63,378 nt of DNA, filler included, from 4 parts of 4 records of this genome joined end to end with filler, not necessarily neighbours in it, one strand, 5' to 3'. Shown: positions 20,449-31,716, counted from the whole stretch's first letter. Program-made: numbers and translations. Notes: a model not told the origin generated them from the sequence alone.

Positions 20449-22281
20449 ATGATTACAAAAATGAAAAAACTGACGCTCTTTATGTCAGAGCCAAACGAAG
20501 GAATGGAAGAAAACATTAATCGTTTGGGTGAGCTGGGAGTTGTGCATATTTCGCCTTTTCAAACTGCAAAAGATACATCTATTGATAGAGTTTACACACG
20601 TATAGGTCAATTGCAAGAGGCTATTGATATACTTGATGCAAGTCCTAATTCAGTAGATCCATCAAGTATTGGGGCAATAGAGTATGCTGGAAAAAAACGA
20701 GGTGAAATAGCCCTTCTTGACAAAGTACTTGATTTCACTCAGCATAAAATTCGACGTGAGAATACGCTTAAAGATCTTTATGAAACTAAGAAATGGTATG
20801 AGGAGTGGGGTGCTTTTAGTTTGCAAGATATAAGCACTTTGCAGAGAAAAGGTATTTATCTGCGTTTATATCTTGTTGATGATAATACACTAAAGAGACT
20901 TAACGATAGAGATGATATTGTAGTTGTCGGTAAAACAAATAAACTAAACCAGGTCGCTCTTATTTCAGAGAAATTAGAAACCAAGCTTGATGCTGTAGAG
21001 GTATCTTTTCCCGGAGTAACTTATGAATCACTAGAGAGTCAAATTCAAAAAACAGAAGCGCAAATCCAGAAAATTAGTCGTATAATTTCCGGATTGAGCC
21101 ATCAAAAAGCATTATTGAAAGATGCTTTGGAGGAGCGTTACCGTCGATTGAACATTCGTAATATACAATTTAGCGGTATCAAAGCTGAGGAAAAGATTCG
21201 AATTTGGAAGGGATACATACCTGAAAATACATTGGATGAATTCACGGAAGCATCTCAAAAAGAAGGTTGGGGTTATATTATAGAAAATCCAACTGATGAA
21301 GAATTAGGGGAAGTACCAACACTAATTAAATCTCCACGTTGGGCCAATAGGATAAAACCTGTTATGAATTTTATGGGATTAGTGCCTGGCTATAACGAAA
21401 TGGATGTTTCCAATTTATTCTTATTGTTTTTCACCTTTTTTACCGGAATATTAGTGGGAGATGCAGGATATGGTTTGGTATTCTTACTGATCACTTTCCT
21501 CGTACACATGAAGAAACGATTTAAACGAAGTGTTGAATTTCAACTTTTTTATACACTGTCGATTTCCGTAATGCTTTGGGGAATTATTTCTGGAACTTAT
21601 TTTGGTTCACAGGTAATTGCTGAGGCTCCGGTGCTTAGATTGCTTGTAATTGATAAGTTAGCGAGTTTTGGAGGTGATGATATTTTCTTCCAAAAAGTGA
21701 TGTTTTTTGTCGGTGCCATTCATTTGAGTCTAGGACACATTCAAAGAGGATTTAAATTGATTAACAGTGTTCGAGCTATTGCAGAAATTGGCTGGATTGC
21801 AATTGTGTGGGGATTATATTTGGTAGTAAATCAATTAGTTCTAACTATTCCTGCACCTGAAATCATGAAATGGTTATTTATTGGAGGTGCAGTACTAATT
21901 GCATTATTCTCTAGTCCAGGAGGAAACTTTTTCAAAGGAATGATCTCATCAATAGGTAATTTGCCACTTAGTATTATAAATGGCTTTTCTGATATTATTT
22001 CCTACATTAGACTTTACGCAGTAGGTTTAGCTACGGTATTAATGGCTGTAAGTTTCAATGAAATGGCCATTGGCGAAGGGATATCAACCATATTTTCAGG
22101 TATTGGAGCAGTAATAATTCTAATACTAGGTCATACATTAAACATGATTCTAGCTGGAATGGCTGTTATTGTGCATGGAGTAAGATTAAATATGCTTGAA
22201 TTTGCTGGCCATGCAGGAGTAGAATTTTCAGGAAACGAATACAAACCTTTTCAAATTAAAAAACAAAATCAAAACAAATAA
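20449..22281 (+). CDS. ntpI: V/A-type ATPase subunit I (a)
   Basis: GDAGYG, SDIISYIRLYAVGL (essential Arg), HGVRLNMLEF. Confidence 0.95.
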   Translation: MITKMKKLTLFMSEPNEGMEENINRLGELGVVHISPFQTAKDTSIDRVYTRIGQLQEAIDILDASPNSVDPSSIGAIEYAGKKRGEIALLDKVLDFTQHKIRRENTLKDLYETKKWYEEWGAFSLQDISTLQRKGIYLRLYLVDDNTLKRLNDRDDIVVVGKTNKLNQVALISEKLETKLDAVEVSFPGVTYESLESQIQKTEAQIQKISRIISGLSHQKALLKDALEERYRRLNIRNIQFSGIKAEEKIRIWKGYIPENTLDEFTEASQKEGWGYIIENPTDEELGEVPTLIKSPRWANRIKPVMNFMGLVPGYNEMDVSNLFLLFFTFFTGILVGDAGYGLVFLLITFLVHMKKRFKRSVEFQLFYTLSISVMLWGIISGTYFGSQVIAEAPVLRLLVIDKLASFGGDDIFFQKVMFFVGAIHLSLGHIQRGFKLINSVRAIAEIGWIAIVWGLYLVVNQLVLTIPAPEIMKWLFIGGAVLIALFSSPGGNFFKGMISSIGNLPLSIINGFSDIISYIRLYAVGLATVLMAVSFNEMAIGEGISTIFSGIGAVIILILGHTLNMILAGMAVIVHGVRLNMLEFAGHAGVEFSGNEYKPFQIKKQNQNK

Positions 22282-22293
22282 AATACACAAACT

Positions 22294-22761
22294 ATGACTT
22301 TATCAGTATTATTAACATCGGTAACAGGTTTTGGCGGACACGCTATTGCATTGGGTATAGCAGGTGTAGGTTCTGCAATCGGAACTGGAATAGCTGCATT
22401 AGGTGCTATGGGACTTTGGAAACAATCTATCAAAGATAAGAAGAAGCTTCCTGCACTTGCTTTGGCTATGGTAGGTATGCCATTGAGTCAGGTGATTTAT
22501 GGTATGATTTTCATGAATGCTTTAATAGGAGCTAATTTGTCTCCTGATAGTTATGTGAATCAAATGATTTGGGCTCTATTTGTAGGTGTAGCTATGGCTG
22601 CTTCAGCAATTATGCAGGGTAAAGCAGGTGCTGCTGCTTGTTCGAACTTAGCCGTTGACGATAAACAAGGTGCCGGTATGTATATTGCTGCAATGGGTAT
22701 TATTGAAACTGTTGCACTATTGGCAATGGTATTCGGTATGGGTGGAATTCCAACAGCATAA
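22294..22761 (+). CDS. ntpK: V/A-type ATPase rotor subunit K (4 TM)
   Basis: GSAIG, PLSQVIYG, MQGKA, IIET. Confidence 0.92.
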   Translation: MTLSVLLTSVTGFGGHAIALGIAGVGSAIGTGIAALGAMGLWKQSIKDKKKLPALALAMVGMPLSQVIYGMIFMNALIGANLSPDSYVNQMIWALFVGVAMAASAIMQGKAGAAACSNLAVDDKQGAGMYIAAMGIIETVALLAMVFGMGGIPTA

Positions 22762-22777
22762 AATACACTTTAAATAT

Positions 22778-22813
22778 AAAGGTGATGCAATGCTATTGTA
22801 TCACCTTTTTTTT
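22778..22813 (+). terminator. Terminator of the V-ATPase operon
   Basis: AAAGGTGATGCAAT-GCT-ATTGTATCACCTTT plus T tract. Confidence 0.8.
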
Positions 22814-22901
22814 GTTTCAGAATTTAATTTTGAAAAGGGAGTTGCAACAAATTGTTGATTAATCTGTGATATTTACGTATAATGCAGTTTAAATATATCA
22901 T

Positions 22902-23492
22902 ATGAAGATTATAGTACTAATTGCCACATTTGTCTTCTCTGTTTTGAGCAGTGCCTTAGCGCAAGATGATGTTAAAAGTGAAGTGGAAAAACGTATTAAG
23001 GAAAGTGATTTTCCACAACCAGCGCTTAATTTAATTGATTTCAATTTGGCTGAATTCAAGCGAGTTAAATACTACCTGGAAGTAGATGGTATTGATACTT
23101 CTTATGAGCTTAAATACAACATGAAAAAACAATCCTTCAGTATTGAATTTAGTGTAAATGGATTATTACAGGACGTAGAAAGAAGAATTGATTTTAATGA
23201 TTTAGCTTCTGAAGTAAAAGAAAGAATTGATGAGTATTTGAAAGCTAATTATAAAAAATATAAAATCAAAAAAGTACAGATTCAATATAAGCAAAACAAT
23301 GTAACAGTTGAAATGCTTCGAGAATTATTAAATGAGAGTTTTGGCCAATTTAAAGTAGCTTATGAAATAGAAGTAGCAGTAAAAACCAAAGCAGGTAAAC
23401 CTGCTATGTACGAGTTTCATTTCGATAGAGAAGGTCAATTTTTAGATAAAAGAATTTTTAGACAGCAAGGTGATGATAATATTTTATACTAG
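22902..23492 (+). CDS. Secreted hypothetical protein with PepSY/BLIP-like repeats
   Basis: Signal peptide; two repeats of YE...(I/F)xFxxxG. Confidence 0.55.
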   Translation: MKIIVLIATFVFSVLSSALAQDDVKSEVEKRIKESDFPQPALNLIDFNLAEFKRVKYYLEVDGIDTSYELKYNMKKQSFSIEFSVNGLLQDVERRIDFNDLASEVKERIDEYLKANYKKYKIKKVQIQYKQNNVTVEMLRELLNESFGQFKVAYEIEVAVKTKAGKPAMYEFHFDREGQFLDKRIFRQQGDDNILY

Positions 23493-24153
23493 ACGATTTA
23501 AACTTCTGGTAGTTATAATTTTTGCTGTTTTAAGCATAAAAGCTCAGCAAACAGAATACTATTGGGAGTCTAGGTTTTCTGTGAGTAAAAATTTCAGTGA
23601 TTTGTGGCGTGCGCAAGGTTCTGTTTCTTTTAGGCAATTGATAGATGAAAATCCGACTGTTTTGCAAAAAATGGAGTCCGAAATTTCAATAGATCGGTCC
23701 CTTTTTGATGCATCAAAAGTTGGTGCAGGTTATTTATTTGGAGGCGATGATTTATTTAGACCAGAAGTGGAAAATGAGCATCGATTTATGCAACAATATG
23801 CCTTTTATTTAAAGATTTTAAAATACAGAATTGCCAATAGAATAAGAACTGAGCAACGTATTTATGAAGATAGTTATAAAAACAGATTCCGTTACAGATT
23901 AAGTATTGACTTTCCAATTAATGGAGATAAATTGAATGTGAATGAAGCTTACCTTATAGCATCAAACGAAATTCTCATGAATACTACAGCCAAAGAACAG
24001 GATTTTGAGAATAGGTTTGGGGCAGGAGTTGGATGGAAGTTAAAGAAAATCAACAAGATTCAGCTTCAATTGCAATACAGGTATACAAAAATAGGACTCC
24101 CTTCGGAGTCCCATGCTATATTTTTGGCAAGTGCCTTTTATTTTAAATTGTAA
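23470..24153 (+). CDS. DUF2490-like outer-membrane beta-barrel
   Basis: ENEHRFMQQ, RIRTEQR, RFRYRL, SNEI, ENRFGAGVG; aromatic C-terminus. Confidence 0.75.
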   Translation: MMIIFYTRRFKLLVVIIFAVLSIKAQQTEYYWESRFSVSKNFSDLWRAQGSVSFRQLIDENPTVLQKMESEISIDRSLFDASKVGAGYLFGGDDLFRPEVENEHRFMQQYAFYLKILKYRIANRIRTEQRIYEDSYKNRFRYRLSIDFPINGDKLNVNEAYLIASNEILMNTTAKEQDFENRFGAGVGWKLKKINKIQLQLQYRYTKIGLPSESHAIFLASAFYFKL

Positions 24154-24154
24154 T

Positions 24155-24913
24155 CTACTCTTTTACTGTATTTGTAGAATTAGCTTGCGCAGTAGGCATA
24201 ATCCATACATCATTTATATTTACATGGGGAGGGCGCATTGCAACCCAGGCGATTGTTTCGGCAACATCTTCAGCTTTAAGGGGTTGGAATCCATTGTAAA
24301 CATTAGATGCCCGTTCTTCATCACCTTTAAAACGAACTAAAGAGAATTCAGTTTCAACCATTCCAGGACTGACAGAACTAACTTTGATACCATGTTTCAA
24401 TGCATCCAGTCGCATTCCTTTTGTAATTGCTTCAACCGCATGTTTGGTTGCACAATACACATTACCGTTTTCATAAACCTCTTTACCGGCAATTGACCCC
24501 ACATTGATTACGTGACCTGATTTTTTTTCAACCATTAGTGGCATTATTTTTCTTGAAATGAAAAGTAATCCCTTAATGTTGGTATCTAGCATTTGTTCCC
24601 AATCATTAGTACTTCCCTCGTATATGTGACTTAATCCTGCAGCAAGACCTGCATTATTAACTAATAGATCAATGTTCTTCCATTCTTCCGGTAATTGATC
24701 TATAGCTGCATCAACCTCTTCCTTATTGCGAATATCAAAGTTCAATACACAAACCTCAACATTACATGATTGCTTGATATTTTCAGCTAATTTTTTTAGT
24801 CTTTCTTTTCTTCGACCTGTTATAATTACATTGTAGCCTTCATCAGCAAGTTTTAGTGCGGTTGCTTCCCCTATACCTGCTGTAGCTCCTGTTATTAATG
24901 CTATTTTATTCAT
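24155..24913 (-). CDS. SDR oxidoreductase (YdfG-like)
   Basis: TGATAGIG, NNAG, YCATK, PGMVETEF. Confidence 0.92.
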   Translation of the reverse strand: MNKIALITGATAGIGEATALKLADEGYNVIITGRRKERLKKLAENIKQSCNVEVCVLNFDIRNKEEVDAAIDQLPEEWKNIDLLVNNAGLAAGLSHIYEGSTNDWEQMLDTNIKGLLFISRKIMPLMVEKKSGHVINVGSIAGKEVYENGNVYCATKHAVEAITKGMRLDALKHGIKVSSVSPGMVETEFSLVRFKGDEERASNVYNGFQPLKAEDVAETIAWVAMRPPHVNINDVWIMPTAQANSTNTVKE

Positions 24914-24956
24914 TTTGAGTTTTTATTTCTTTAAATACGAAGTTACTATATTTTGA

Positions 24957-26285
24957 TTATGATTTTGTGAATATTAAATTCTTAAGCTTTTCGCTACATA
25001 AAACTATATTCAACTTATTTTGTAAAAAATTCCAATTAATACTCATCATTAAAATGGCATAAAGGAATGGCTGGGCTGGAATTTTATACCTAACTAATGC
25101 TCCTAGTACAGGAGTTGTCATACCTGCTAATGCGAATAGAATAAATGTGAATGAAATACCGAAAAAAAGATATTTCATTTTAAAAGTTTTGTTTCTAGCA
25201 AAAGGTATAATTAATAAAAGTCCTATTGTTAATAGGTTTTCCAGCGCAGCAGGTAAGGCTGCAAAGTTATGAACCTCAAATAAATGTGGGCGGAATAATG
25301 TGACGAAAGCTCCTCGAAAGCCCTGCCATGTGAAATCAAAAATATTACTTGTAAGCACTGGAGTTTCAATATAGCTACCCACATGATTAAGTGATTGTAC
25401 AAAATTGATAAAATCGTTTTGTTTCTGACTTATTATATCAGGAATATCAGGAAAAAAACCTGTTAATGGTAAAAGAAATATAGCTAGATATAAAACAAGA
25501 TGCAGTCCTAAGAAAACTATAGCAGGCTTATTGTACCATTTCAATAGAAAATAACTTATAATGGCCGGGCTAATAGCAAGTAATACGTAAAATTTCGAGA
25601 TGCTAAAAATTAGAAGTGATATTGTCAGCGTAATATAAGGTCTGATGGAAAATCTATTCAGATTTAATTGTGAGATTCCGAAAACAAACATCCCTAACGC
25701 AAAAATTACGATACCTTCTTTTAATAAACCAGAGCCCCAGAAAAGTAATGATGGAGGCAGTGCTATTGCTATTAATGAAATTACCTTATTAAAACTAAAA
25801 GTAGATGTTAAAAATCGATATATTCCAATTAATCCAGCCAAAGCTAGGCCATTCATAATATACGTATGGACGTAAATGTTCTTAAATGAGAACAGCATTA
25901 TCAACGCATTAAAGCGGATAACCGTTCTGTTGTCATTGAACATATCGTAATTAAAATCTTTTAACCAGAAATTCATTTGGTCATAATAATACATCAAATG
26001 AGGAGCTTCATCATTTATTCCAAAGAGCATTCTGAAATAATCTGTAGTACTATGACTAAACGCACTGTGCAATACTTTCCCATCATTAAAATAATTGAAA
26101 ATATCTGAACTGCCAATCGGGTAATAATAGGTATAAACGAGTATTAACCCTATTCCTACTATAGCCTTTAAAAGGAATAAAAATTGCACGGTTAAAGGGG
26201 TCAGCCCCGAGTTTTTAAAAAACGGGATTTTTGGCAGTATCCAAACAATAAATGCTAAATATGGTAAAGAATAAATAATGTCCAT
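24957..26285 (-). CDS. Polytopic membrane protein (possible GT-C/polymerase-like)
   Basis: Ten or more hydrophobic segments; LLKE and LVRYK motifs. Confidence 0.6.
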   Translation of the reverse strand: MDIIYSLPYLAFIVWILPKIPFFKNSGLTPLTVQFLFLLKAIVGIGLILVYTYYYPIGSSDIFNYFNDGKVLHSAFSHSTTDYFRMLFGINDEAPHLMYYYDQMNFWLKDFNYDMFNDNRTVIRFNALIMLFSFKNIYVHTYIMNGLALAGLIGIYRFLTSTFSFNKVISLIAIALPPSLLFWGSGLLKEGIVIFALGMFVFGISQLNLNRFSIRPYITLTISLLIFSISKFYVLLAISPAIISYFLLKWYNKPAIVFLGLHLVLYLAIFLLPLTGFFPDIPDIISQKQNDFINFVQSLNHVGSYIETPVLTSNIFDFTWQGFRGAFVTLFRPHLFEVHNFAALPAALENLLTIGLLLIIPFARNKTFKMKYLFFGISFTFILFALAGMTTPVLGALVRYKIPAQPFLYAILMMSINWNFLQNKLNIVLCSEKLKNLIFTKS

Positions 26286-26447
26286 TTCGAAGATTATTTA
26301 TTGCAAAAGTACTATTTGAACTTTAATTAATGCATGAACTGGTTTAGAATATTTATTCTATTCCTATTTTGTTGGCATGAAACCCAAAACCATAGGAAAA
26401 AAATTAGTAAGTTTGCCACCGTAAATTCAATCAAATAATAATTCAAA

Positions 26448-28676
26448 ATGGCACAGAATAAAGTTGATCTGGACACCGTAAAATCCCTTGGATTACTACC
26501 CGAAGAGTTTGATTTAATCAAGAAGTTTTTAGGACGTGAGCCTAACTTTACTGAGTTAAGTATTTTTTCAGTAATGTGGTCAGAGCATGCTGCATATAAA
26601 AACTCAATTAAATGGTTAAAGAAACTTCCAAAAGAAGGAAAAGCTGTGTTAGCAGCTGCCGGAGAAGAGAATGCCGGGCTTGTGGATATTGGCGGTGATT
26701 TAGCTTGTGCCTTTAAGATTGAATCACATAATCACCCATGTGCAGTTGAGCCATATCAAGGTGCAGCAACGGGTGTTGGTGGTATAAACCGAGATATTTT
26801 TACAATGGGTGCGAGACCTATTGCTCAATTAAATAGTTTGAGATTTGGAGAGTTGAAACTTGATCGTACTAAATGGCACATGAAAGGTGTTGTAAAAGGT
26901 ATTGGCGATTATGGTAATGCTTTTGGAGTGCCTGTTGTCGGTGGTGAAGTAGTATTTGATAAAAGCTACAATACAAATCCACTGGTAAATGCCATGAGTG
27001 TTGGTATTATGAAGAAAGGTGAAATGATTAGTGCCAAAGCTGAAGGTGCTGGTAATCCAATCTATATTGTGGGTTCATCAACAGGGAAAGATGGTATTCA
27101 TGGCGCTACATTTGCTTCTGCTGATATAACTGCAGATTCTGCTGATGATATTCCATCAATTCAGGTCGGCGACCCATTTCAAGAAAAATTATTGCTAGAA
27201 GCTACGTTAGAAGTAGCTAAAACTGGAGCTGTTGTTGGAATGCAAGATATGGGAGCAGCGGGAATTATATGTTCTACTTCTGAAATGTCTGAAAAAGGTA
27301 ACAGCGGTATGCGTATAGATCTTTCAAAGGTACCTCTACGTCAGCAAAACATGGAAGGCTGGGAAATATTGCTATCAGAAAGTCAGGAACGTATGTTGAT
27401 TTGTGTGCAAAAAGGTCGTGAGGCAGATGTAGAAGCCGTTTTTGAAAAATGGGACCTGAATTGCGAAATTATTGGAGAAGTAATAGACGAAGATAGATTA
27501 TATTTTAGTTATAATGGTGAATTAATAGCTGATGTTCCAGCTTCTGCATTGGTATTAGGAGGAGGTGCACCTCAGTATGATCGTGAATTTAAAGAGCCAA
27601 AATATTACAAAGAATATCTTGAGTTTAGTATTGATGATGTTTCAAAGCCTAAGGATTTAAAAGAAGTTGCTGATTTTCTGTTGAAGCATCCAAATAATGT
27701 GAGCCGTGGTTGGGTTATGGAGCAGTATGACTCAATGGTTGGAACTAAAAATATGACTACTAATCGTCCCGCAGATGCAGGCATCGTAAATCTTAAAGGT
27801 ACAAACCGTGCTTTAGGTTTATCTGTTGATTGTAATGGACGTTATGTTAAAGCTGATCCTGAAATAGGAACAGCAATTGCTGTAAGTGAAGCCGCACGTA
27901 ATTTAGTGTGCTCAGGTGCAAAACCTTTAGCTATAACCAACTGTCTCAATTTCGGTAATCCATATAGTCCTGAAGTATACTGGCAGTTTGTTGGTGCTAT
28001 TAAAGGAATGAGTAAAGCATGCAAGAAATTTGACACACCTGTAACCGGTGGTAATGTGAGTTTCTATAATCAAAGTGCCATAAGTGGAACTGAAGTGCCA
28101 GTTCATCCGACTCCAACAATTGGAATGCTTGGACTTATTGAAGATAAGAACAAAACAATGTCTCTCGACTTCAAAAATAAAGGAGACATGATTTACTTAC
28201 TTGGAAAATCTAAAAATGATATTGGACAATCAGAATATCTGACATCCTATCATGGAATAGAAGCAAGTCCTGCTCCTGATTTTAATCTTGACTTTGAATA
28301 TAAATTGCAAAATGCAGTGTTGGAATTGATTGATAATGAATTGATTAATTCCGCTCATGATGTTTCAAATGGAGGGTTATATTTAACGTTGGTTGAATCT
28401 TCAGTGCCAAATGATTTTGGCTTCGACATTACCACTGATGCTGAAATTAGAACAGACGCCTTTTTATTCGGAGAGTCACAGAGCCGTATCGTTGTCACAT
28501 GCTCAGAAGAGAATGAAACAGCGTTTATCGATTTATTGATGAAACTGGATATTCCATTCTCTGCATTAGGCCATGTAACCAAAGGCGAATTGAGGATCGA
28601 TGATAAATCTTTTGGGTTTATATCTGAAGCTAAGAAAGTATATCAGGAAACTTTAGCTGAGTACCTTGAAGGATAA
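26448..28676 (+). CDS. purL: FGAM synthase subunit PurL (small form)
   Basis: [43 protein letters not shown]; no glutaminase domain. Confidence 0.95.
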   Translation: MAQNKVDLDTVKSLGLLPEEFDLIKKFLGREPNFTELSIFSVMWSEHAAYKNSIKWLKKLPKEGKAVLAAAGEENAGLVDIGGDLACAFKIESHNHPCAVEPYQGAATGVGGINRDIFTMGARPIAQLNSLRFGELKLDRTKWHMKGVVKGIGDYGNAFGVPVVGGEVVFDKSYNTNPLVNAMSVGIMKKGEMISAKAEGAGNPIYIVGSSTGKDGIHGATFASADITADSADDIPSIQVGDPFQEKLLLEATLEVAKTGAVVGMQDMGAAGIICSTSEMSEKGNSGMRIDLSKVPLRQQNMEGWEILLSESQERMLICVQKGREADVEAVFEKWDLNCEIIGEVIDEDRLYFSYNGELIADVPASALVLGGGAPQYDREFKEPKYYKEYLEFSIDDVSKPKDLKEVADFLLKHPNNVSRGWVMEQYDSMVGTKNMTTNRPADAGIVNLKGTNRALGLSVDCNGRYVKADPEIGTAIAVSEAARNLVCSGAKPLAITNCLNFGNPYSPEVYWQFVGAIKGMSKACKKFDTPVTGGNVSFYNQSAISGTEVPVHPTPTIGMLGLIEDKNKTMSLDFKNKGDMIYLLGKSKNDIGQSEYLTSYHGIEASPAPDFNLDFEYKLQNAVLELIDNELINSAHDVSNGGLYLTLVESSVPNDFGFDITTDAEIRTDAFLFGESQSRIVVTCSEENETAFIDLLMKLDIPFSALGHVTKGELRIDDKSFGFISEAKKVYQETLAEYLEG

Positions 28677-29397
28677 TTTAGTTACTCCATACAAAAATCG
28701 GTTATCTAAAAAAGAACAGGTTGCCGGTATGTTCAATCATATCGCGCACCGCTATGATTTTTTAAATCATTTTCTTTCACTTGGAATTGATAAAATCTGG
28801 AGAAAGAAAGTAGTAAAAGAACTAAAGCAGGCGAATATTAAGCAAATGCTTGATGTAGCTTCAGGTACTGGTGACTTGGCTATTGCAGCAGCAAAGCGTA
28901 TTCCCGAATTGAAGGTTGAAGCTACTGACATTGCTGCTGTAATGCTTGAAAAAGCACAAATAAAAATTGACAAGAAAAAACTTTCAAATCGTATAAATGT
29001 TTCCATTGGAGATGCTGAAGATTTGAAATTTGATGAGAACCGTTTTGATGCAGTAACAGCGGCATTTGGTGTAAGAAATTTTGAAGATGTTTCTAAAGGG
29101 TTGTCTGAAATGCACAGAGTCTTAAAGCCAAAAGGAAAAATCATTATACTTGAATTTTCAAAACCAAGAAAAGGGTTCTTTTCAATTTTGTATAAGTTTT
29201 ATTTCAAGTTAATTTTACCTATTGTTGGGCGCTTGTTTTCTGGAAATAACAGAGCTTATACTTATTTACCAGAATCAGTTGAAGCGTTTGAGGAACGTGA
29301 AAATTTTGTAAGCTTATTAAAAGATGCAGGCTTTCAAAATTGTGATTATAAGGTATTAACGTTTGGAGTAGCTTGCATGTATCAGGGAATTAAGTAA
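28666..29397 (+). CDS. menG: Demethylmenaquinone methyltransferase MenG/UbiE
   Basis: [34 protein letters not shown]. Confidence 0.92.
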   Translation: MKDNLVTPYKNRLSKKEQVAGMFNHIAHRYDFLNHFLSLGIDKIWRKKVVKELKQANIKQMLDVASGTGDLAIAAAKRIPELKVEATDIAAVMLEKAQIKIDKKKLSNRINVSIGDAEDLKFDENRFDAVTAAFGVRNFEDVSKGLSEMHRVLKPKGKIIILEFSKPRKGFFSILYKFYFKLILPIVGRLFSGNNRAYTYLPESVEAFEERENFVSLLKDAGFQNCDYKVLTFGVACMYQGIK

Positions 29398-29436
29398 ATT
29401 CGCACAATATTTTAGTGCAATTACGTTTTTTACATT

Positions 29437-30153
29437 ATGAAGCGAATTGGAGTAGTCATATTAATATTGTTTGGGTCACTTATCTCAAGTGCCCAGGAAG
29501 GTAGATATGTATGGAATAAACCGCGTTATGATACATACTTGTTTCATTTTGGTTTTGCCGTAGGATATAACCAAATGGATTTCAGAATAATACCTGATTC
29601 CAAACTATTAACTGATTTTGATAGCGTTTTTTCTGTAGAAAACTTTGATAGACCGGGCTTTAATATTCATATGGTTGGAAATCTAAAGCTAGGTGAAAAC
29701 TTTGATTTGCGATTTATACCGGGATTAGCTTTTGGTCAACGTGATTTACATTACAGACATAGGATTGTAAATGGCAATGATACATCAATTTCAAATCATA
29801 TAATGAAGATTGAATCAACAATGCTTGCGTTTCCATTGTATGTGAAGTATCGTGCTAAGAGATTGAATAACTGGCGTCCATATATTCTTTTTGGAGGAAA
29901 TTACACATGGGATTTGGAAGCCAGGAAAAAAATTAAGGAAGAAGAAAGACCCAAAATACGTCTTTCAAATCAAGACTTTTATATTGAAGCAGGAGTTGGT
30001 ATAGATTACTATTTTCCATTTTTTAAATTAGCAACTGAACTGCGTTTCTCATGGGGTATGATGAATATGATCAAATATGAGGGAACGGAGTATTCTAATT
30101 TTTACGAAAGATTAAACTCAAAGATGTTTACCCTCCTTATCTTTGTTGAATAA
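29437..30153 (+). CDS. porT: Type IX secretion/gliding outer-membrane protein PorT/SprT
   Basis: HFGF, LRFIPG, GIDYYFPFFK motifs; usual ubiE-porT neighbourhood. Confidence 0.8.
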   Translation: MKRIGVVILILFGSLISSAQEGRYVWNKPRYDTYLFHFGFAVGYNQMDFRIIPDSKLLTDFDSVFSVENFDRPGFNIHMVGNLKLGENFDLRFIPGLAFGQRDLHYRHRIVNGNDTSISNHIMKIESTMLAFPLYVKYRAKRLNNWRPYILFGGNYTWDLEARKKIKEEERPKIRLSNQDFYIEAGVGIDYYFPFFKLATELRFSWGMMNMIKYEGTEYSNFYERLNSKMFTLLIFVE

Positions 30154-30165
30154 CAAATCAACATT

Positions 30166-31713
30166 ATGGCTAAACAAATACAATTGGTGTTGACTCCGGA
30201 GCAAGGCGCTTCACAAGAGTTGTACACAAAACTGTTCGCTCAAAAAGCGGGTATCAAACAAAGTGATATTGTTAAACTTCAGATTGTTTCTAAATCTATT
30301 GATGCCAGAAGATATCCCGTTAAAGTAAATATGTCTGCTCGTATTTATACTGATGTGAAAGATGATGAGTATATGATTGAGCCATTTGCAGCCAATGATG
30401 TTTCACTTGCAGAGGAGGTTATTATTGTAGGTGCTGGTCCTGCAGGATTATTTGCAGCATTAACGCTTATTGAAGCTGGTAAGAAACCAGTGATTATTGA
30501 GAGAGGAAAAAGAGTTGGCGAGCGTAAAAGAGATGTAGCAGCTATTAGTACTAAGCATATCGTAGATCCTGACTCAAATTATGCATTTGGAGAAGGAGGA
30601 GCCGGAACATTTTCCGATGGTAAACTTTATACCCGTAGTAAAAAGCGAGGTGATCTTCATAGAATATATGAGTTATTATATTTACATGGAGCGCAAGAGG
30701 AAATACTCTATGAGTCTCAACCGCATATCGGATCTGATGTGCTTGCTCAGGTAGTGGTCAATATTCGTGAAACAATTCTTGATGCCGGAGGGCAAATATT
30801 ATTCAGGCATAAAGTAGAGGATTTGTTAGTTGAAGGAGAGCAATTAAAAGGGGTGAAGCTTTCTGATGGGCGAACATTAAAATCTAATCATGTCATTTTA
30901 GCCACAGGACACTCAGCTCGCGATGTATACGAGATGCTTCAAAACAGGGGTGTTATGTTGGAGTCAAAAGGCTTTGCAATGGGCGTCAGATTGGAGCATC
31001 CACAGGAGTTAATAAACCAGATTCAATATCACAGCAAAAATCCCGATCCTCATTTACCGCCTGCTTCCTACAAGTTAGTTCAACAGGTAGATGATAGAGG
31101 TGTTTATTCGTTCTGTATGTGCCCTGGGGGTTTTATTGTCCCGGCTACTACTGCAAGTGATCAGTTAGTTGTGAATGGGATGTCACCATCAAAGCGTAAT
31201 GCATATTTTGCAAATTCAGGAATGGTAGTTGAAATAAGGCCGGAAGATATTCCTAATGCTGATAAAGATCCATTAGCAGGTATGAAGTATCAGGAGCATT
31301 GGGAAAAAATTGCTTTTCAAAATGGGGGTAAAGGACAAATAGCTCCGGCACAGGGAATGGCTGATTTTGTTAATGGCCGAATTTCGGCTGATATGCCCGA
31401 GAACTCATATTTCCCTGGAATTATTTCATCTCCTATGCATTTTTGGATGCCCGATAGCATTTCTGGACGATTGCAGCAGGCTTTTAAAGCATTCGGTAAA
31501 AAAATGAAAGGCTTCCTTACTAATGATGCGCTGGTTATTGGTCTAGAAAGCCGAACTTCTAGCCCGGTGAGAATATATAGAGACAAAGAAAAATTTTGCT
31601 CATTTCCTTTTGAAAATTTATATCCTACAGGTGAAGGTGCAGGCTATGCAGGTGGTATAGTTTCAAGCGCACTGGATGGAGTGCGGGTAGCAAAAAGGAT
31701 TATTGAGAGTTAA
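30166..31713 (+). CDS. FAD-dependent oxidoreductase (COG2509-like)
   Basis: GAGPAG, FGEGGAGTFSDGKL, SFCMCPGG, GEGAGYAGGI. Confidence 0.9.
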   Translation: MAKQIQLVLTPEQGASQELYTKLFAQKAGIKQSDIVKLQIVSKSIDARRYPVKVNMSARIYTDVKDDEYMIEPFAANDVSLAEEVIIVGAGPAGLFAALTLIEAGKKPVIIERGKRVGERKRDVAAISTKHIVDPDSNYAFGEGGAGTFSDGKLYTRSKKRGDLHRIYELLYLHGAQEEILYESQPHIGSDVLAQVVVNIRETILDAGGQILFRHKVEDLLVEGEQLKGVKLSDGRTLKSNHVILATGHSARDVYEMLQNRGVMLESKGFAMGVRLEHPQELINQIQYHSKNPDPHLPPASYKLVQQVDDRGVYSFCMCPGGFIVPATTASDQLVVNGMSPSKRNAYFANSGMVVEIRPEDIPNADKDPLAGMKYQEHWEKIAFQNGGKGQIAPAQGMADFVNGRISADMPENSYFPGIISSPMHFWMPDSISGRLQQAFKAFGKKMKGFLTNDALVIGLESRTSSPVRIYRDKEKFCSFPFENLYPTGEGAGYAGGIVSSALDGVRVAKRIIES

Positions 31714-31716
31714 TAA

